Below are positions 1 to 9,851 of a stretch of 28,872 nucleotides of DNA, one piece after another. The stretch is from assembly GCA_036337435.1 (NCBI GenBank), contig JAYZEG010000053.1, positions 1 to 28,872 of the forward strand. The letters run 5' to 3'. The stretch comes from Myxococcota bacterium (lineage in GTDB: Bacteria > Myxococcota_A > Bradymonadia > UBA7976 > UBA1532). The position numbers and the translations under genes are program-made. The notes beneath the pieces are model-generated. The model made no database searches. It had not been told where the DNA came from and saw only the letters and a list, made by a program, of their open reading frames with translations. Position 1 is the first letter of the stretch, and each line of letters opens with the position of its first letter.

Positions 1-360
1 CCTGTAAGTCGTGTGCCCGAATTCCTAAATGCCGTCGATGAGGTGGTCACAAAGGCCTACTCGGACTTAGAGATCATTTGGTTTGGGCATATCGGAGACG
101 GCAACCTCCACCTCAATATACTCAAGCCCGAACGGCTCGCCGCTGACGAATTCAAGGCACGATGTGATGCGGTGAGCCCCATGATTTGCGACGTGGTGTC
201 ACAGTATGGAGGGTCCGTATCGGCAGAACATGGTATCGGTCTACTCAAAAAAGGCTACTTGCACTACACACGTCCGCCAGCCGAAATCGATTTGATGCGT
301 CTGGTCAAAAAGGCCTTCGATCCAGACGGCATCCTCAATCCAGGGAAAGTATTCGATTAG
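1..360 (+). CDS. FAD-linked oxidase C-terminal domain (D-2-hydroxyacid dehydrogenase/GlcD-like), 5' truncated by the window edge
   Basis: Frame is open from base 1 (PVSRVPEF...). Motifs FGHIGDGNLHLNI, SAEHGIG and DPDGILNPGK are characteristic of FAD-oxidase_C. Confidence 0.9.
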   Translation, partial: PVSRVPEFLNAVDEVVTKAYSDLEIIWFGHIGDGNLHLNILKPERLAADEFKARCDAVSPMICDVVSQYGGSVSAEHGIGLLKKGYLHYTRPPAEIDLMRLVKKAFDPDGILNPGKVFD

Positions 361-366
361 GCTCAG

Positions 367-1131
367 TTAACGAGCATTCACGGTGTCAGGCTCTACAGCC
401 ATTGCGGTGAGGAAGTCCTTGTTCATGCGAGCGATCCAATCGACACTGATTCCTTTAGGGCACGCTTCCTGACACTCGCCGTGATTGGTGCAACCACCAA
501 ATTGGTCTGCCTCCATTTGGGCTACCATACGCCGGACACGGTCACCACGTTCTGCTTGCCCTTGGGGCAAGACCCCTAGATGCCCAATCTTGGCGGATGC
601 AAACAAGCTTGCAGACGCATTTGGGCAGGCCGCCACACACGCTCCACATCCAATGCAGGTTGCTGCGTCGAACGCCATGTCACTGATCTTTTTCGCGATG
701 GGTGTATCGTTGGCGTCTTGAGCACTGCCAGTGTTCGCCGATACATACCCACCAGCTTGTATAATTCGATCCATCGCGCTTCTGTCGACGACGAGGTCCT
801 TAATGGTCGGAAATGCAGTCGCTCTCCATGGTTCAACGTAAATTTCGTCACCATCTGAGAATTCCCGCATGTGAAGCTGACATGTCGTCGTCAATGCGCG
901 GTGACCATGCGCATGGCCGTTGATGACCATGCCACATGAGCCACAGATCCCTTCACGGCAATCATGGTCGAACGCGATGGGCTCCTGACCCTCACCGATT
1001 AAATCCTCATTGAGGCCATCCATCATTTCAAGAAACGAACTGTCTGGACTCACTTCATCCAACACGTGAGTCTCAAAGTTTCCCTTCACCTTGGCACTTC
1101 TCTGGCGCCAAACATGCAATTTTATACGCAT
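367..1131 (-). CDS. sdhB: Succinate dehydrogenase/fumarate reductase iron-sulfur subunit
   Basis: CREGICGSC...C (2Fe-2S), [11 protein letters not shown] and [12 protein letters not shown] cluster motifs; starts 1 nt downstream of the flavoprotein stop. Confidence 0.96.
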   Translation of the reverse strand: MRIKLHVWRQRSAKVKGNFETHVLDEVSPDSSFLEMMDGLNEDLIGEGQEPIAFDHDCREGICGSCGMVINGHAHGHRALTTTCQLHMREFSDGDEIYVEPWRATAFPTIKDLVVDRSAMDRIIQAGGYVSANTGSAQDANDTPIAKKISDMAFDAATCIGCGACVAACPNASASLFASAKIGHLGVLPQGQAERGDRVRRMVAQMEADQFGGCTNHGECQEACPKGISVDWIARMNKDFLTAMAVEPDTVNAR

Positions 1132-1132
1132 C

Positions 1133-3061
1133 TTACTTGTAGCTCCGTTGCGCTAATTTGACGTAATCGAAAACAAGCTCTTCCTTGTGCATAATCGGCA
1201 CTTCACCTTCACCTCGGTATTCCCAAGCACTCACGTGTGTTTGGTTAGCATCATCCCGAAGTGCCTCCCCTTCTGGGGTTTGATATTCTTCCCTGAAATG
1301 ACCACCACATGACTCTCTACGCTCGAGCGCATCACGACACATCAATTCGCCGAGTTCCAAGAAGTCGGCAACCCGTCCGGCCTTCTCAAGGGTTTGGTTG
1401 AACTCATCAGCAGCCCCCGGGACTCTCACGTTTTCCCAGAACTCTTTACGAAGAGCTTGTATTGCCTCGATGCCTTCTTTCAGACCTTCAGCATTACGGG
1501 CCATGCCGCACTTGTCCCACATGATTTTACCAAGTGCTTTGTGAAAGCTGTCTGGACTTCTCGTTCCCTGGACAGACAACAATCGGTCGAGCCGAGACTT
1601 AACCGAGTCCAGTGCCTCTTTTACGGCGTCAGACTCCTCGCTTATGGCAGCCGCCTTGATATCGTGTCCATTGGTTCCCAGATAGTTTCCGACCGTGTAA
1701 GGTGCGACAAAGTACCCATCAGCGAGTCCTTGCATGAGTGCACTGGCACCGAGCCGATTGGCACCATGGTCCGAAAAATTCGCCTCGCCAAGAACGAACA
1801 GCCCCTGCACAGACGACATGAGATTGTAGTCTACCCAAACGCCGCCCATCGTATAGTGAACAGCTGGATAGATTCGCATGGGGGTCTCGTAGGGATTGTC
1901 ATCAGTAATCCGCTCATACATTTCGAATAGATTTCCGTAACGCTCAGCCACTTTGTCTTTGCCAAGTCTTTTGATCGCATCAGAGAAATCAAGATAAACA
2001 CCCAGTCCACCGGGCCCAACGCCGCGACCCTCGTCACAGGCCTCTTTCGCTGACCGCGACGCAATGTCACGAGGCACCAAATTGCCGAAAGCTGGATATT
2101 TTCGCTCTAGATAGTAGTCACGATCCGCCTCTGGAATGGCGTTGGGATCCTTGCTGCAATCTTCTGCCCGCTTCGGAACCCATACTCGACCATCATTTCG
2201 GAGAGATTCACTCATCAACGTGAGCTTCGATTGATGTTCTCCGCTGACGGGGATGCACGTGGGGTGAATCTGCGTGTAACACGGATTGGCAAACGCGGCC
2301 CCTTTCCGATGGGCTCGCCACCCTGCGGTCACGTTGCTCCCCATCGCATTCGTCGACAGAAAGAAGACGTTCCCGTAGCCGCCGGTCGCCAGAACAACGA
2401 CGTCCGCGAGGTGGGTCTTTATCTCGCCGGTCTTGAGGCATCGAGTGACGATTCCACGCGCACGGTCCTCATGCACGATCAATTCGAGCATCTCCGTGCG
2501 AGTGTGCATTTCAACGCCGCCGCTTTCGATTTGCCGAGCGAGTGCCTGGTAGGCGCCAAGCAACAACTGTTGGCCCGTTTGCCCGCGGGCATAAAAAGTT
2601 CGTGATACTTGCGCGCCACCAAACGACCTGTTGGCCAGCAGACCGCCATAGTCTCGAGCGAATGGCACGCCTTGCGCGACAGCCTGGTCGATAATGTTCA
2701 CGCTCAACTCAGCAAGCCGGTAGACATTGGCCTCACGAGAGCGGAAGTCGCCGCCTTTGACCGTGTCGTAGAAGAGCCGGTAGATGCTGTCACCATCGCC
2801 CTGGTAGTTTTTGGCTGCGTTGATACCGCCTTGCGCTGCGATGCTATGCGCTCGCCGCGGAGAGTCCTGAAAACAGAACGCTTTCACGTTGTAGCCAAGT
2901 TCGCCCATGGTCGCAGCGGCAGACGCCCCAGCAAGGCCGGTGCCCACTACGATAACGTCAAACTTTCGTTTGTTGGCTGGATTCACCAGCTTCATATTGA
3001 ACCGGTGCTGCTCCCAGATGTCCTGAATTTCCCCGGTTGGTACGTTTGAGCGCAATTCCAT
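1133..3061 (-). CDS. sdhA: Succinate dehydrogenase/fumarate reductase flavoprotein subunit
   Basis: VVGTGLAG dinucleotide-binding motif, [13 protein letters not shown] covalent-FAD His motif, [29 protein letters not shown] Shine-Dalgarno upstream. Confidence 0.97.
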   Translation of the reverse strand: MELRSNVPTGEIQDIWEQHRFNMKLVNPANKRKFDVIVVGTGLAGASAAATMGELGYNVKAFCFQDSPRRAHSIAAQGGINAAKNYQGDGDSIYRLFYDTVKGGDFRSREANVYRLAELSVNIIDQAVAQGVPFARDYGGLLANRSFGGAQVSRTFYARGQTGQQLLLGAYQALARQIESGGVEMHTRTEMLELIVHEDRARGIVTRCLKTGEIKTHLADVVVLATGGYGNVFFLSTNAMGSNVTAGWRAHRKGAAFANPCYTQIHPTCIPVSGEHQSKLTLMSESLRNDGRVWVPKRAEDCSKDPNAIPEADRDYYLERKYPAFGNLVPRDIASRSAKEACDEGRGVGPGGLGVYLDFSDAIKRLGKDKVAERYGNLFEMYERITDDNPYETPMRIYPAVHYTMGGVWVDYNLMSSVQGLFVLGEANFSDHGANRLGASALMQGLADGYFVAPYTVGNYLGTNGHDIKAAAISEESDAVKEALDSVKSRLDRLLSVQGTRSPDSFHKALGKIMWDKCGMARNAEGLKEGIEAIQALRKEFWENVRVPGAADEFNQTLEKAGRVADFLELGELMCRDALERRESCGGHFREEYQTPEGEALRDDANQTHVSAWEYRGEGEVPIMHKEELVFDYVKLAQRSYK

Positions 3062-3073
3062 CTATTAGCTCCT

Positions 3074-3742
3074 CTAGGTTACGACTTTGGTTATCACGGC
3101 GATTGGTACAGCCGAGAACCCGACACACACGACAGCTGCCAACCCTGCGGCGGCCCTCTTCCGAAGATGATTAAATCTCGGATGGCTCAGCCCAAGCGTT
3201 TGCATGAAACTCCACGCACCATGGTACAAATGAAGCGCCAGAAAAACCTGTGCTGTGAGATACACGACAACGATCCAAGGAACGCTGAAGCTTCGTACGA
3301 CATTCATGTAGACATTATTTTGATCAAACTCACCGGGCACCGTCTGCCCGAAGGTCAGATGCGCAATGTGGTATACGATGTACAGCAGCATCGTAATGCC
3401 ACCGAAGAGCATCGTCCGTGAGGCCACTGTACTCCGCTTTTTCGCCAGGCGCTTGTACTGAACGGGCCGCGCTGCCTTGTTTCGTCCGCTTAACGCAATG
3501 GCCGACCAAACGTGCGCAGCCACGGCTGCGAGAAGTCCAACTCGAGCGATCCAAATGCCGGCTCCGCCCAACAGCTCACGGAGGGTCTTGGCATAATCGT
3601 TCATCGCCTCCGGCCCTTTAAAAATAAGCAGATTGTCGGCCATGTGACCAAACACGAAACCAATCAATGCTAGCCCTGATATGGCCATAACGGCCTTCTT
3701 CCCTAGCGTGCTGTCGTAAAGCTTTAATGTTCGCGCCTTCAT
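3074..3742 (-). CDS. sdhC: Succinate dehydrogenase cytochrome b558 subunit (single dihaem-type membrane anchor)
   Basis: About five hydrophobic helices with His residues in GHMADNL, AHVWS, YHIAH and LHLYHG; KKAVMAISG N-terminal signature; first gene of a CAB operon; GGAG SD. Confidence 0.92.
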   Translation of the reverse strand: MKARTLKLYDSTLGKKAVMAISGLALIGFVFGHMADNLLIFKGPEAMNDYAKTLRELLGGAGIWIARVGLLAAVAAHVWSAIALSGRNKAARPVQYKRLAKKRSTVASRTMLFGGITMLLYIVYHIAHLTFGQTVPGEFDQNNVYMNVVRSFSVPWIVVVYLTAQVFLALHLYHGAWSFMQTLGLSHPRFNHLRKRAAAGLAAVVCVGFSAVPIAVITKVVT

Positions 3743-3839
3743 ATACGCTCCGTCTTCCCCGCGACTTACAGTGCCGCTCTTGTATCATAGACTGTAGCAA
3801 ACATGGACTCGTAAACGAATTTTTGCGCCGTAAAACTGT

Positions 3840-4619
3840 CTAACTCGGTGGTTTTACGACACGCTGTCTGGATTCGCACACGGCCACAAGATCGCCACGC
3901 CCGGATTTGGCGAGAGCTTCGCGCATCCGTCGCTCGAGCGGATCGCGCAAGCAGACGCTCTGGCCCCCGGGAAGTATGACACGCAATGTTGATGCGTGAA
4001 GCATCAATCCGGTGACACCCAATTGTTCCTTAAAAAAACGATTATGGTGCCGGTCACCATAGTTCACATCACCGACGATTGGATTGCCAAGATGAGCGCA
4101 ATGTTTTCGAAGCTGATGCCGTCGACCCGTTTTAGGAGAAAGCTCTACGAGGGAATAGCGTGCCGTTGGATATCGCCCAACCTTTGTGAGCACCTCCCAG
4201 TGAGCTATTTTTGTCCACTGTGTAAGGGCATCTCGACGAATTCCTTTCGTGCCGTTGGCGACGGGATGCTCGATGTGTCCGCGATGGGCCAACCACCCTC
4301 GAACAATGGCCCAGTACGATTTTTCTACTGCGCCGCTCTGAAATTGTTTCCCCAGCCATCGGGCACTCTGGCTATCCAGCGCAAGTATGAGTACGCCCGA
4401 GGTTGCCCGGTCCAGTCGATGCACAGGATAGACTCGACGGCCTATCTGATCTCTGAGGGTCTGAACCACAACACAAGTCTCCTGGCGATTGAGTGCGGTT
4501 CGATGCACAAACATACCGGGAGGCTTTGAGACCACAATACACTGATCGTCTTGATGCAGGATCTTGAGTTGGCCTACCAACTGCTCTACCTCCATAGGAC
4601 ACTTCATTAAACCAAACAC
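3840..4619 (-). CDS. truC: tRNA pseudouridine(65) synthase TruC-like (RluA family); the true start may be the TTG at 4580 behind GGAGGT
   Basis: KPPGMFVHR, VHRLDRATSG (catalytic Asp), PKTGRRHQLRKH, GDVNYGD..HNR and LMLHA; no S4 domain. Confidence 0.8.
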   Translation of the reverse strand: MFGLMKCPMEVEQLVGQLKILHQDDQCIVVSKPPGMFVHRTALNRQETCVVVQTLRDQIGRRVYPVHRLDRATSGVLILALDSQSARWLGKQFQSGAVEKSYWAIVRGWLAHRGHIEHPVANGTKGIRRDALTQWTKIAHWEVLTKVGRYPTARYSLVELSPKTGRRHQLRKHCAHLGNPIVGDVNYGDRHHNRFFKEQLGVTGLMLHASTLRVILPGGQSVCLRDPLERRMREALAKSGRGDLVAVCESRQRVVKPPS

Positions 4620-4699
4620 CGTCGGCCGGTAAACTTTAGCAAGATTTCGGTACTTATTTGGGTTAAATACATTCTAAATCGACTTGGGAGGCGCACATT

Positions 4700-5650
4700 T
4701 TGAGCAATTATCTCGTCGCCGCACTGTACAAATTCGTCCACCTGGCGAACCCGAACAAACTAAAGCCGCGAATTTTAAAGGTCTGCAATGACAATCATGT
4801 TTTCGGAACCCTGATACTCGCGAATGAAGGAATCAACGGGACGGTCGCGGGCCCACCGAGGGGTGTTGAGCGTTTACTGTCATTTATCCGCAACGACCCC
4901 CGACTTAAGGATCTGATTCACAAAGAGTCATGGGCGAATGAGCAACCCTTTCATCGAATCAAGGTTCATCTCAAAGACGAAATTGTAACCATGGGTGTAC
5001 CGGGAATTGACCCCACCAAATCTGTCGGCAAATATGTGAAGCCTGCCGACTGGAATTCCTTAATTAGTCAGGATGACGTGATTCTCATCGACACGCGCAA
5101 CACCTACGAAACGGGAATTGGGTCCTTTGAAGACGCGCATGACCCACAAACCACTAATTTTCGCGATTTTCCAGCATGGGTTGAAAAAAACCGCTCACTG
5201 CTCGAGTCAAAAAGCAAGATTGCAATGTTTTGCACGGGTGGCATTCGATGCGAAAAGGCAACAAGCTTGCTGCTCAATCAGGGCTTCGAAGACGTCTATC
5301 ATCTGGAGGGCGGGATTCTAAAATACTTGGAAGAAATTGAGCCCAGCGAAAGCAAGTGGCACGGTGAGTGTTTCGTCTTCGACCAACGCGTCAGTGTTCG
5401 ACACGGTTTGGGTCAGGGGGAGTACAAATTGTGCCATGGGTGCCGGTCGCCAATTGACGAATCTGACATGGCCTCCCCGAAATATAGACCAGGCGTGGCG
5501 TGTCCAAAATGTTTTGACGCCACAACGGCAGAGCAAAAACAGCGTTACGAAGAACGACACAAGCAAGTCAACCTGGCCAAAGCACGCAACCAGCATCACA
5601 TTGGACAGTATGCCACCCGACCAAAGCGCATCGGTCGCGATGATGAATAA
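4700..5650 (+). CDS. trhO: Rhodanese-domain tRNA uridine(34) hydroxylase TrhO (YceA/UPF0176)
   Basis: ALYKFV, GTLILANEGINGT, IDTRNTYE, MFCTGGIRCEKA, HLEGGILKYLE and CFVFDQR; TTG start. Confidence 0.9.
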   Translation: MSNYLVAALYKFVHLANPNKLKPRILKVCNDNHVFGTLILANEGINGTVAGPPRGVERLLSFIRNDPRLKDLIHKESWANEQPFHRIKVHLKDEIVTMGVPGIDPTKSVGKYVKPADWNSLISQDDVILIDTRNTYETGIGSFEDAHDPQTTNFRDFPAWVEKNRSLLESKSKIAMFCTGGIRCEKATSLLLNQGFEDVYHLEGGILKYLEEIEPSESKWHGECFVFDQRVSVRHGLGQGEYKLCHGCRSPIDESDMASPKYRPGVACPKCFDATTAEQKQRYEERHKQVNLAKARNQHHIGQYATRPKRIGRDDE

Positions 5651-6278
5651 TCGGCCCATCCTCTACAGTTTTCGACGTTGTCCATACGCCATGCGGGCTC
5701 GATTAGCCATCGTGGCAGCTGACTACGATTGCGAACTCCGGGAAGTCGTTCTACGAGCAAAGCCAGCGGCAATGCTCGACGCATCACCCAAAGGAACCGT
5801 TCCTGTTATGGTCTTGTCAGACGGAAGAGTGCTTGAGGAAAGCCTGGATATCATGCGTTGGGTCTTATCAGAAAACGGCAGTGCCCTCTGGACGGATGAT
5901 GGGTCTGATGACGCCCTCATCGACGCCAACGACACCGAATTTAAGTCGAACCTTGACCGATACAAGTATCCAAATCGGTTTGGTCTTCAGTCAGGTCAGC
6001 CCTATCGTGAGACGGCGCAGGAATTCATCAACCGGCTGGAGAACCGCCTTCAGGCTCATGCGTTTTTGTCTGGCGCACGTTTTGGCTTTACCGATGCAGC
6101 TGTCGCCCCCTTCGTACGTCAGTTTGCCAATGTAGACAGAACCTGGTGGGACGAACACAGTCCTCTCGGCGTGCGTGCTTGGTTAGAGAGCTTTCTTCAA
6201 TCCACAGACTATCGGTCAATCATGTTCAAATACGCGGCCTGGCAAGAGGGCTCGATTGGCATCCCGTTTCCCAAATAA
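5640..6278 (+). CDS. Glutathione S-transferase family protein
   Basis: Homology begins at MMNNRPILYSFRRCPYAMRAR (ATG at 5640 or 5643, overlapping the trhO stop); SPKGTVPV, ESLDIM and PFVRQFA. The ORF-track extension to 5337 lies inside trhO. Confidence 0.9.
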   Translation: MMNNRPILYSFRRCPYAMRARLAIVAADYDCELREVVLRAKPAAMLDASPKGTVPVMVLSDGRVLEESLDIMRWVLSENGSALWTDDGSDDALIDANDTEFKSNLDRYKYPNRFGLQSGQPYRETAQEFINRLENRLQAHAFLSGARFGFTDAAVAPFVRQFANVDRTWWDEHSPLGVRAWLESFLQSTDYRSIMFKYAAWQEGSIGIPFPK

Positions 6279-6287
6279 GCAGCCAGC

Positions 6288-6770
6288 TCATTCAGCCAGT
6301 GCTTTGACAATCGGCGCTTCGATCGCTCGAGGTTTGATTCGTGTGCCAAAGCGGGTGACCGTCTTGCCATCTCGATGGACAAGAAACTTAGTAAAGTTCC
6401 ATTTGATCGAACGGCTGCCCATGAGTCCAGGTGCTTGGTCCTTGAGCCACTTGTAAAGCGGATCAGCCCCCCGTCCGTTGACACGGATCTTGGCGAACAT
6501 AGCAAAAGTGATGTCGTATTTGAGTCGGCAAAACTGTTCAATCTGTGCCTCAGTTCCTGGCTCCTGGCCACCAAACTGATTACACGGAAAACCGAGGACA
6601 CTCAGCCCCGCGTCTCCATAACGTCGCTCCAAGGCCTCAAGCTGCTGATATTGGGGGGTATATCCACACCGACTGGCGACATTAACAATCAGAACGACTC
6701 GTCCCTTATAGGCTCGCAACGATACGTCATGCCCAGAAATGGAGCGGACCTGGAAATCATATAGTTTCAC
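6288..6770 (-). CDS. Glutathione peroxidase (Cys-type, BtuE/GpxA-like)
   Basis: NVASRCGYT, GFPCNQFGGQEP and IKWNFTKFLV signatures; the active-site residue is Cys, not Sec. Confidence 0.95.
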   Translation of the reverse strand: MKLYDFQVRSISGHDVSLRAYKGRVVLIVNVASRCGYTPQYQQLEALERRYGDAGLSVLGFPCNQFGGQEPGTEAQIEQFCRLKYDITFAMFAKIRVNGRGADPLYKWLKDQAPGLMGSRSIKWNFTKFLVHRDGKTVTRFGTRIKPRAIEAPIVKALAE

Positions 6771-6790
6771 GCGCAGCCCCCTTCATCAGC

Positions 6791-7003
6791 TCAGTAATGG
6801 GGCGGCGGACGTTGCTCGTCCTCTTCCGGCCGAATGCTGTCGCGGAGTCGGACAATCTCGTCCTTCAGACGAACAATGTCCGACGCTTGGGACCGAATCA
6901 AATCGCTTAACTCATCAAGTAGAGCCTGCTGATGGGTAAAGCGGATTTCCAGCTCAACTAAGCGCGCCTCGTTTCGGTCTGTCTTCGGGTCCATGTTCCC
7001 CAT
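6791..7003 (-). CDS. slyX: SlyX family protein
   Basis: RLVELEIRFTHQQALLDELSDLI coiled coil and terminal PPPHY; GAGGT SD before the ATG at 7003 (70 aa). Confidence 0.88.
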   Translation of the reverse strand: MGNMDPKTDRNEARLVELEIRFTHQQALLDELSDLIRSQASDIVRLKDEIVRLRDSIRPEEDEQRPPPHY

Positions 7004-7105
7004 TTGGACACCTCGCCTTCGATCTATTCTCTTCAGTAGAGCAGAAATATGCCGTCGGACCAAGTAAGGAAGGCATATTTGTAAGTTTGTGGTAAACGAC
7101 ACCAT

Positions 7106-7735
7106 ATGGACCTGAACCAACCAATCGCCATGCCGCCCCTGGTCACCACAGGACTGACGTTTCATCCTGTAATCCAGCTGCCAGACCACTATGACGTCTA
7201 TGATTTCACGGACGGCTACGACCCGGACCGAATGCGTTCCTCAACATATGGCATTGGTCGCTACAATGAACGCCGACCGACAATGTACAACGCCCCACAA
7301 TATGCCGTGGGCGAGGTCCGCAATATCCACATGGGTATCGACATCGCAGCGCCAGTGGGAGTCGCGGTCCGGGCATTTTACAAAGGAACCATCTATCGTT
7401 TCGGAGACAATCGTGCTCATCAGGATTACGGCCCCACAATTGTGACCAAGCACAATTTCTTGAGTCAAGTTGTCTATGCACTCCACGGACATCTCTCACG
7501 CGAAAGTCTGGCCAACCTGGTTGTTGGGCAACCAATCGAAGCCGGTGATATCATCGGCCATATCGGCGAAAAATCCGAAAATGGCGGCTGGAATCCGCAT
7601 CTACACTTTCAATTGAGTCGTCTCGCACCCGCCACGCATGATCTTCCTGGCGTCGTCAGTGCCCGACAGCACGCCGCCGCTCTCGTCGTCTTTCCTGATC
7701 CGCGTCTGGTTCTAGGCAACCTCTACGTCGACTGA
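7106..7735 (+). CDS. M23 family metallopeptidase (no evident signal peptide)
   Basis: HMGID (HxxxD), YALHGHL and PHLHFQ (HxH) zinc-binding motifs. Confidence 0.88.
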   Translation: MDLNQPIAMPPLVTTGLTFHPVIQLPDHYDVYDFTDGYDPDRMRSSTYGIGRYNERRPTMYNAPQYAVGEVRNIHMGIDIAAPVGVAVRAFYKGTIYRFGDNRAHQDYGPTIVTKHNFLSQVVYALHGHLSRESLANLVVGQPIEAGDIIGHIGEKSENGGWNPHLHFQLSRLAPATHDLPGVVSARQHAAALVVFPDPRLVLGNLYVD

Positions 7736-8496
7736 TTTGCACCCGAGCCACGCCTCCGCTTCGCCGTCCGCGTCACAGCCTTCATTTTCTTTAGCTCATC
7801 TTGCTTGAGGTGCCGCCACTCGCCCGGCTTCAGATCTTTGCAACCAAGGCCTGCGAAGCTGCGCCTTTGCAGCCTTAGAACTGAGTGACCGACGGCTTCA
7901 CACATTCTCTTTATCAAGTGATTCCGCCCCTCCGTAACAGCAATCTCAATCCATGAGTTTTTCTCCATGGCCACCCGCGAAGGCATCCGTTTTGCGCTCG
8001 TTGCTTGTGCAAAACCATCTTCGAGGACAACGCCACGCGTGAGCCTATCTAAAGCCTCATCGTTTGGGGTTCCTCGGACTTTGCATCGATACACCTTCTC
8101 AATACGGCTGCTCGGATGGGTCAGTGCGGCCGCCATTTCTCCATCATTCGTGACCAAAAGCACCCCTTCAGTATCGAGGTCAAGCCGACCGACAGGGTAA
8201 ATTCGCGCTGACACGCCCTTGATAACCTCAAGCACGGTCTTCCGATCAAACTCATCCTTCGCTGTGGTGACGGTGCCAGCAGGCTTATTCATGACGATAT
8301 ACGTCCAAGCCCTCGGCAAAAGGAGCCGCTTGCCATCCACCTCAACTTTGTCTTGTCGGAGGTCGGCCTTCGCGCCTAACTGCGTGACAATACGCCCGTT
8401 AAGCCGAACGCGGCCATCTGTAATCAGCTTTTCAGCATTCCGCCGGGATGTTATCCCCGCTTGTGCAATTAACTTCTGTAATCTCTCTGCACTCAT
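7723..8496 (-). CDS. rluB: rRNA pseudouridine synthase, RsuA/RluB family with S4 domain
   Basis: ERLQKLIAQAGITSRRNAE S4 domain, NKPAG, VGRLDLDTEG and EGRNHLIKRM. Confidence 0.85.
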   Translation of the reverse strand: MSAERLQKLIAQAGITSRRNAEKLITDGRVRLNGRIVTQLGAKADLRQDKVEVDGKRLLLPRAWTYIVMNKPAGTVTTAKDEFDRKTVLEVIKGVSARIYPVGRLDLDTEGVLLVTNDGEMAAALTHPSSRIEKVYRCKVRGTPNDEALDRLTRGVVLEDGFAQATSAKRMPSRVAMEKNSWIEIAVTEGRNHLIKRMCEAVGHSVLRLQRRSFAGLGCKDLKPGEWRHLKQDELKKMKAVTRTAKRRRGSGANQST

Positions 8497-8685
8497 GGTT
8501 TAAACCTCATGTGGACGTCGCCAGACGTGCGAACAGCAATCAAACATGATGTCTAGATGCTTGTCTACGACGCATCGCAAGTTCGCCTTGTGCTGCAAGA
8601 TCCAAGGACGATTGAGTTTTAGCTTTGCGCCACAACACTTTCTAGGCATTCTGTATAGCATGATTGACGGCCTTGGGACGATCCG

Positions 8686-9081
8686 ATGATCGAATTGTCT
8701 TCGTACTTAAGACGGCTTCATGCCGAATTCGACTCCATTGAAGCCGTTGCGATTGCTGACCTAGACGGAAACCCACTGCGAACTGTCCCCGAGGAAGGCG
8801 CCGGCACAATCGGCTATTGTGCGGCTTTTGGAGGGATCGCTCTGCGTCGGCTTGGAGTCTCGGAACGGCTATCAGGCCATGCGGAAACACAGCAAATTAC
8901 AATCCAGGGCACACGGAATGCAATTATCGCAAGACGCTTGAGTAACCGATTACAGTTCGTTGTGGCACTTAACGGGCCTTATGCCGCCGCAGAGGTTCAA
9001 TCGGCCATCGTGGCGACTTTGGAACAGCTGGGAGCAGTGCTCTCCCAGACATATCCATCACCAACCAAAGGGAGTGCTTGA
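8686..9081 (+). CDS. Roadblock/LC7 (MglB-like) domain protein
   Basis: 131 aa with helix then IEAVAIADLDGNPL (the hhhhDxDG pattern), followed by helix, beta-strands and helix. Confidence 0.6.
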   Translation: MIELSSYLRRLHAEFDSIEAVAIADLDGNPLRTVPEEGAGTIGYCAAFGGIALRRLGVSERLSGHAETQQITIQGTRNAIIARRLSNRLQFVVALNGPYAAAEVQSAIVATLEQLGAVLSQTYPSPTKGSA

Positions 9082-9851
9082 TGCGTGACACGCTGGCCAC
9101 AGTTTTTTTGTCTTCAGCGGTGCTTTGCACAGGCCTGTTCGGACACGGTTGCGCTGGGAGCCCAAAAGGAGCCGACGCTCATCCCCATCAGGCTTATGAG
9201 AGCATTCTGAAACAGGCCGTCAAAAATGATGGCGTGGACTACGCCATCCTCGTCGACAATAAGGATTTGGCCCACTACCTTAAATGGGTCGCTCACGCAG
9301 ACCTTGATAAGATGCCGTCTAAAGACGCCAGGCTGGCGTTTTACATCAACGCTTATAATGCGTTAACTTTAAGGTCAGTGCTTCACTTTTGGCCCAACAT
9401 CAAAAGTGTTTCAGATGTGGTTCCTAACTTTGGTTTTTTCAAGGTGACCAAACACAAGGTAGCGGGACAGGATGTCACGCTAGATGACATAGAGAATACA
9501 ATTATTCGCCCGACGTTTAATGACCCTCGAATTCATGCAGCACTTAATTGCGCCAGCCGATCCTGCCCCCCCCTCGCCCCTTTTGCATTTACGGAGGCCG
9601 GCCTAGATCAGCAGTTGGACACCGTCTTCCGACGTTTTGCTAACGACGACACTCGAAATCAGATCAGTGTGAAAGAAAGGCGAATTCAGTTATCGAAGCT
9701 TTTTGAATGGTACAAGGTCGATTTCGTCAGTGCGGGCGGGGCGGCTGCCTATCTCGCACCATTTGTTGAAGACCCAGCTAAGAAAAAAGTTTTAGAGACC
9801 ACTCCAACGATTCAGTACCTACCTTACGATTGGTCTCTCAATACACCTTAG
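9081..9851 (+). CDS. DUF547 domain exported protein (possible lipoprotein)
   Basis: LAFYINAYNALT, LDDIEN.IIR, DPRIHAALNCASRSCPPL, LSKLFEWYKVDF and YDWSLN; hydrophobic N-terminus ending GHGC; TGATG coupling to the upstream gene; GGGAG SD. Confidence 0.9.
   Translation: MRDTLATVFLSSAVLCTGLFGHGCAGSPKGADAHPHQAYESILKQAVKNDGVDYAILVDNKDLAHYLKWVAHADLDKMPSKDARLAFYINAYNALTLRSVLHFWPNIKSVSDVVPNFGFFKVTKHKVAGQDVTLDDIENTIIRPTFNDPRIHAALNCASRSCPPLAPFAFTEAGLDQQLDTVFRRFANDDTRNQISVKERRIQLSKLFEWYKVDFVSAGGAAAYLAPFVEDPAKKKVLETTPTIQYLPYDWSLNTP

Noticed and set aside
367..3742. Missing sdhD as an anomaly
   Set aside because: Three-subunit enzymes with one dihaem cytochrome b anchor are an established SQR/QFR type.
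5337..5639. N-terminal extension of the GST ORF
   Set aside because: It lies within trhO in another frame; GST homology starts at 5640/5643.
6288..6770. Selenocysteine-containing peroxidase
   Set aside because: The active-site codon encodes Cys and there is no in-frame TGA.
7004..7189. N-terminal extension of SlyX
   Set aside because: It overlaps the divergent M23 gene; the SD and family length support the ATG at 7003.
8640..8665. Sigma-54-like promoter TAGGCATTCTGTATAGCA (similar near-matches upstream of sdhC and at about 27990-28015)
   Set aside because: GG-to-GC spacing is 11 or 12 nt rather than the strictly required 10.
8497..8685. Structured ncRNA in the rluB/roadblock intergenic region
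   Set aside because: Only a short imperfect hairpin (GATGC...GCATC) and 6-7 nt repeats; this is consistent with chance in a divergent promoter region.
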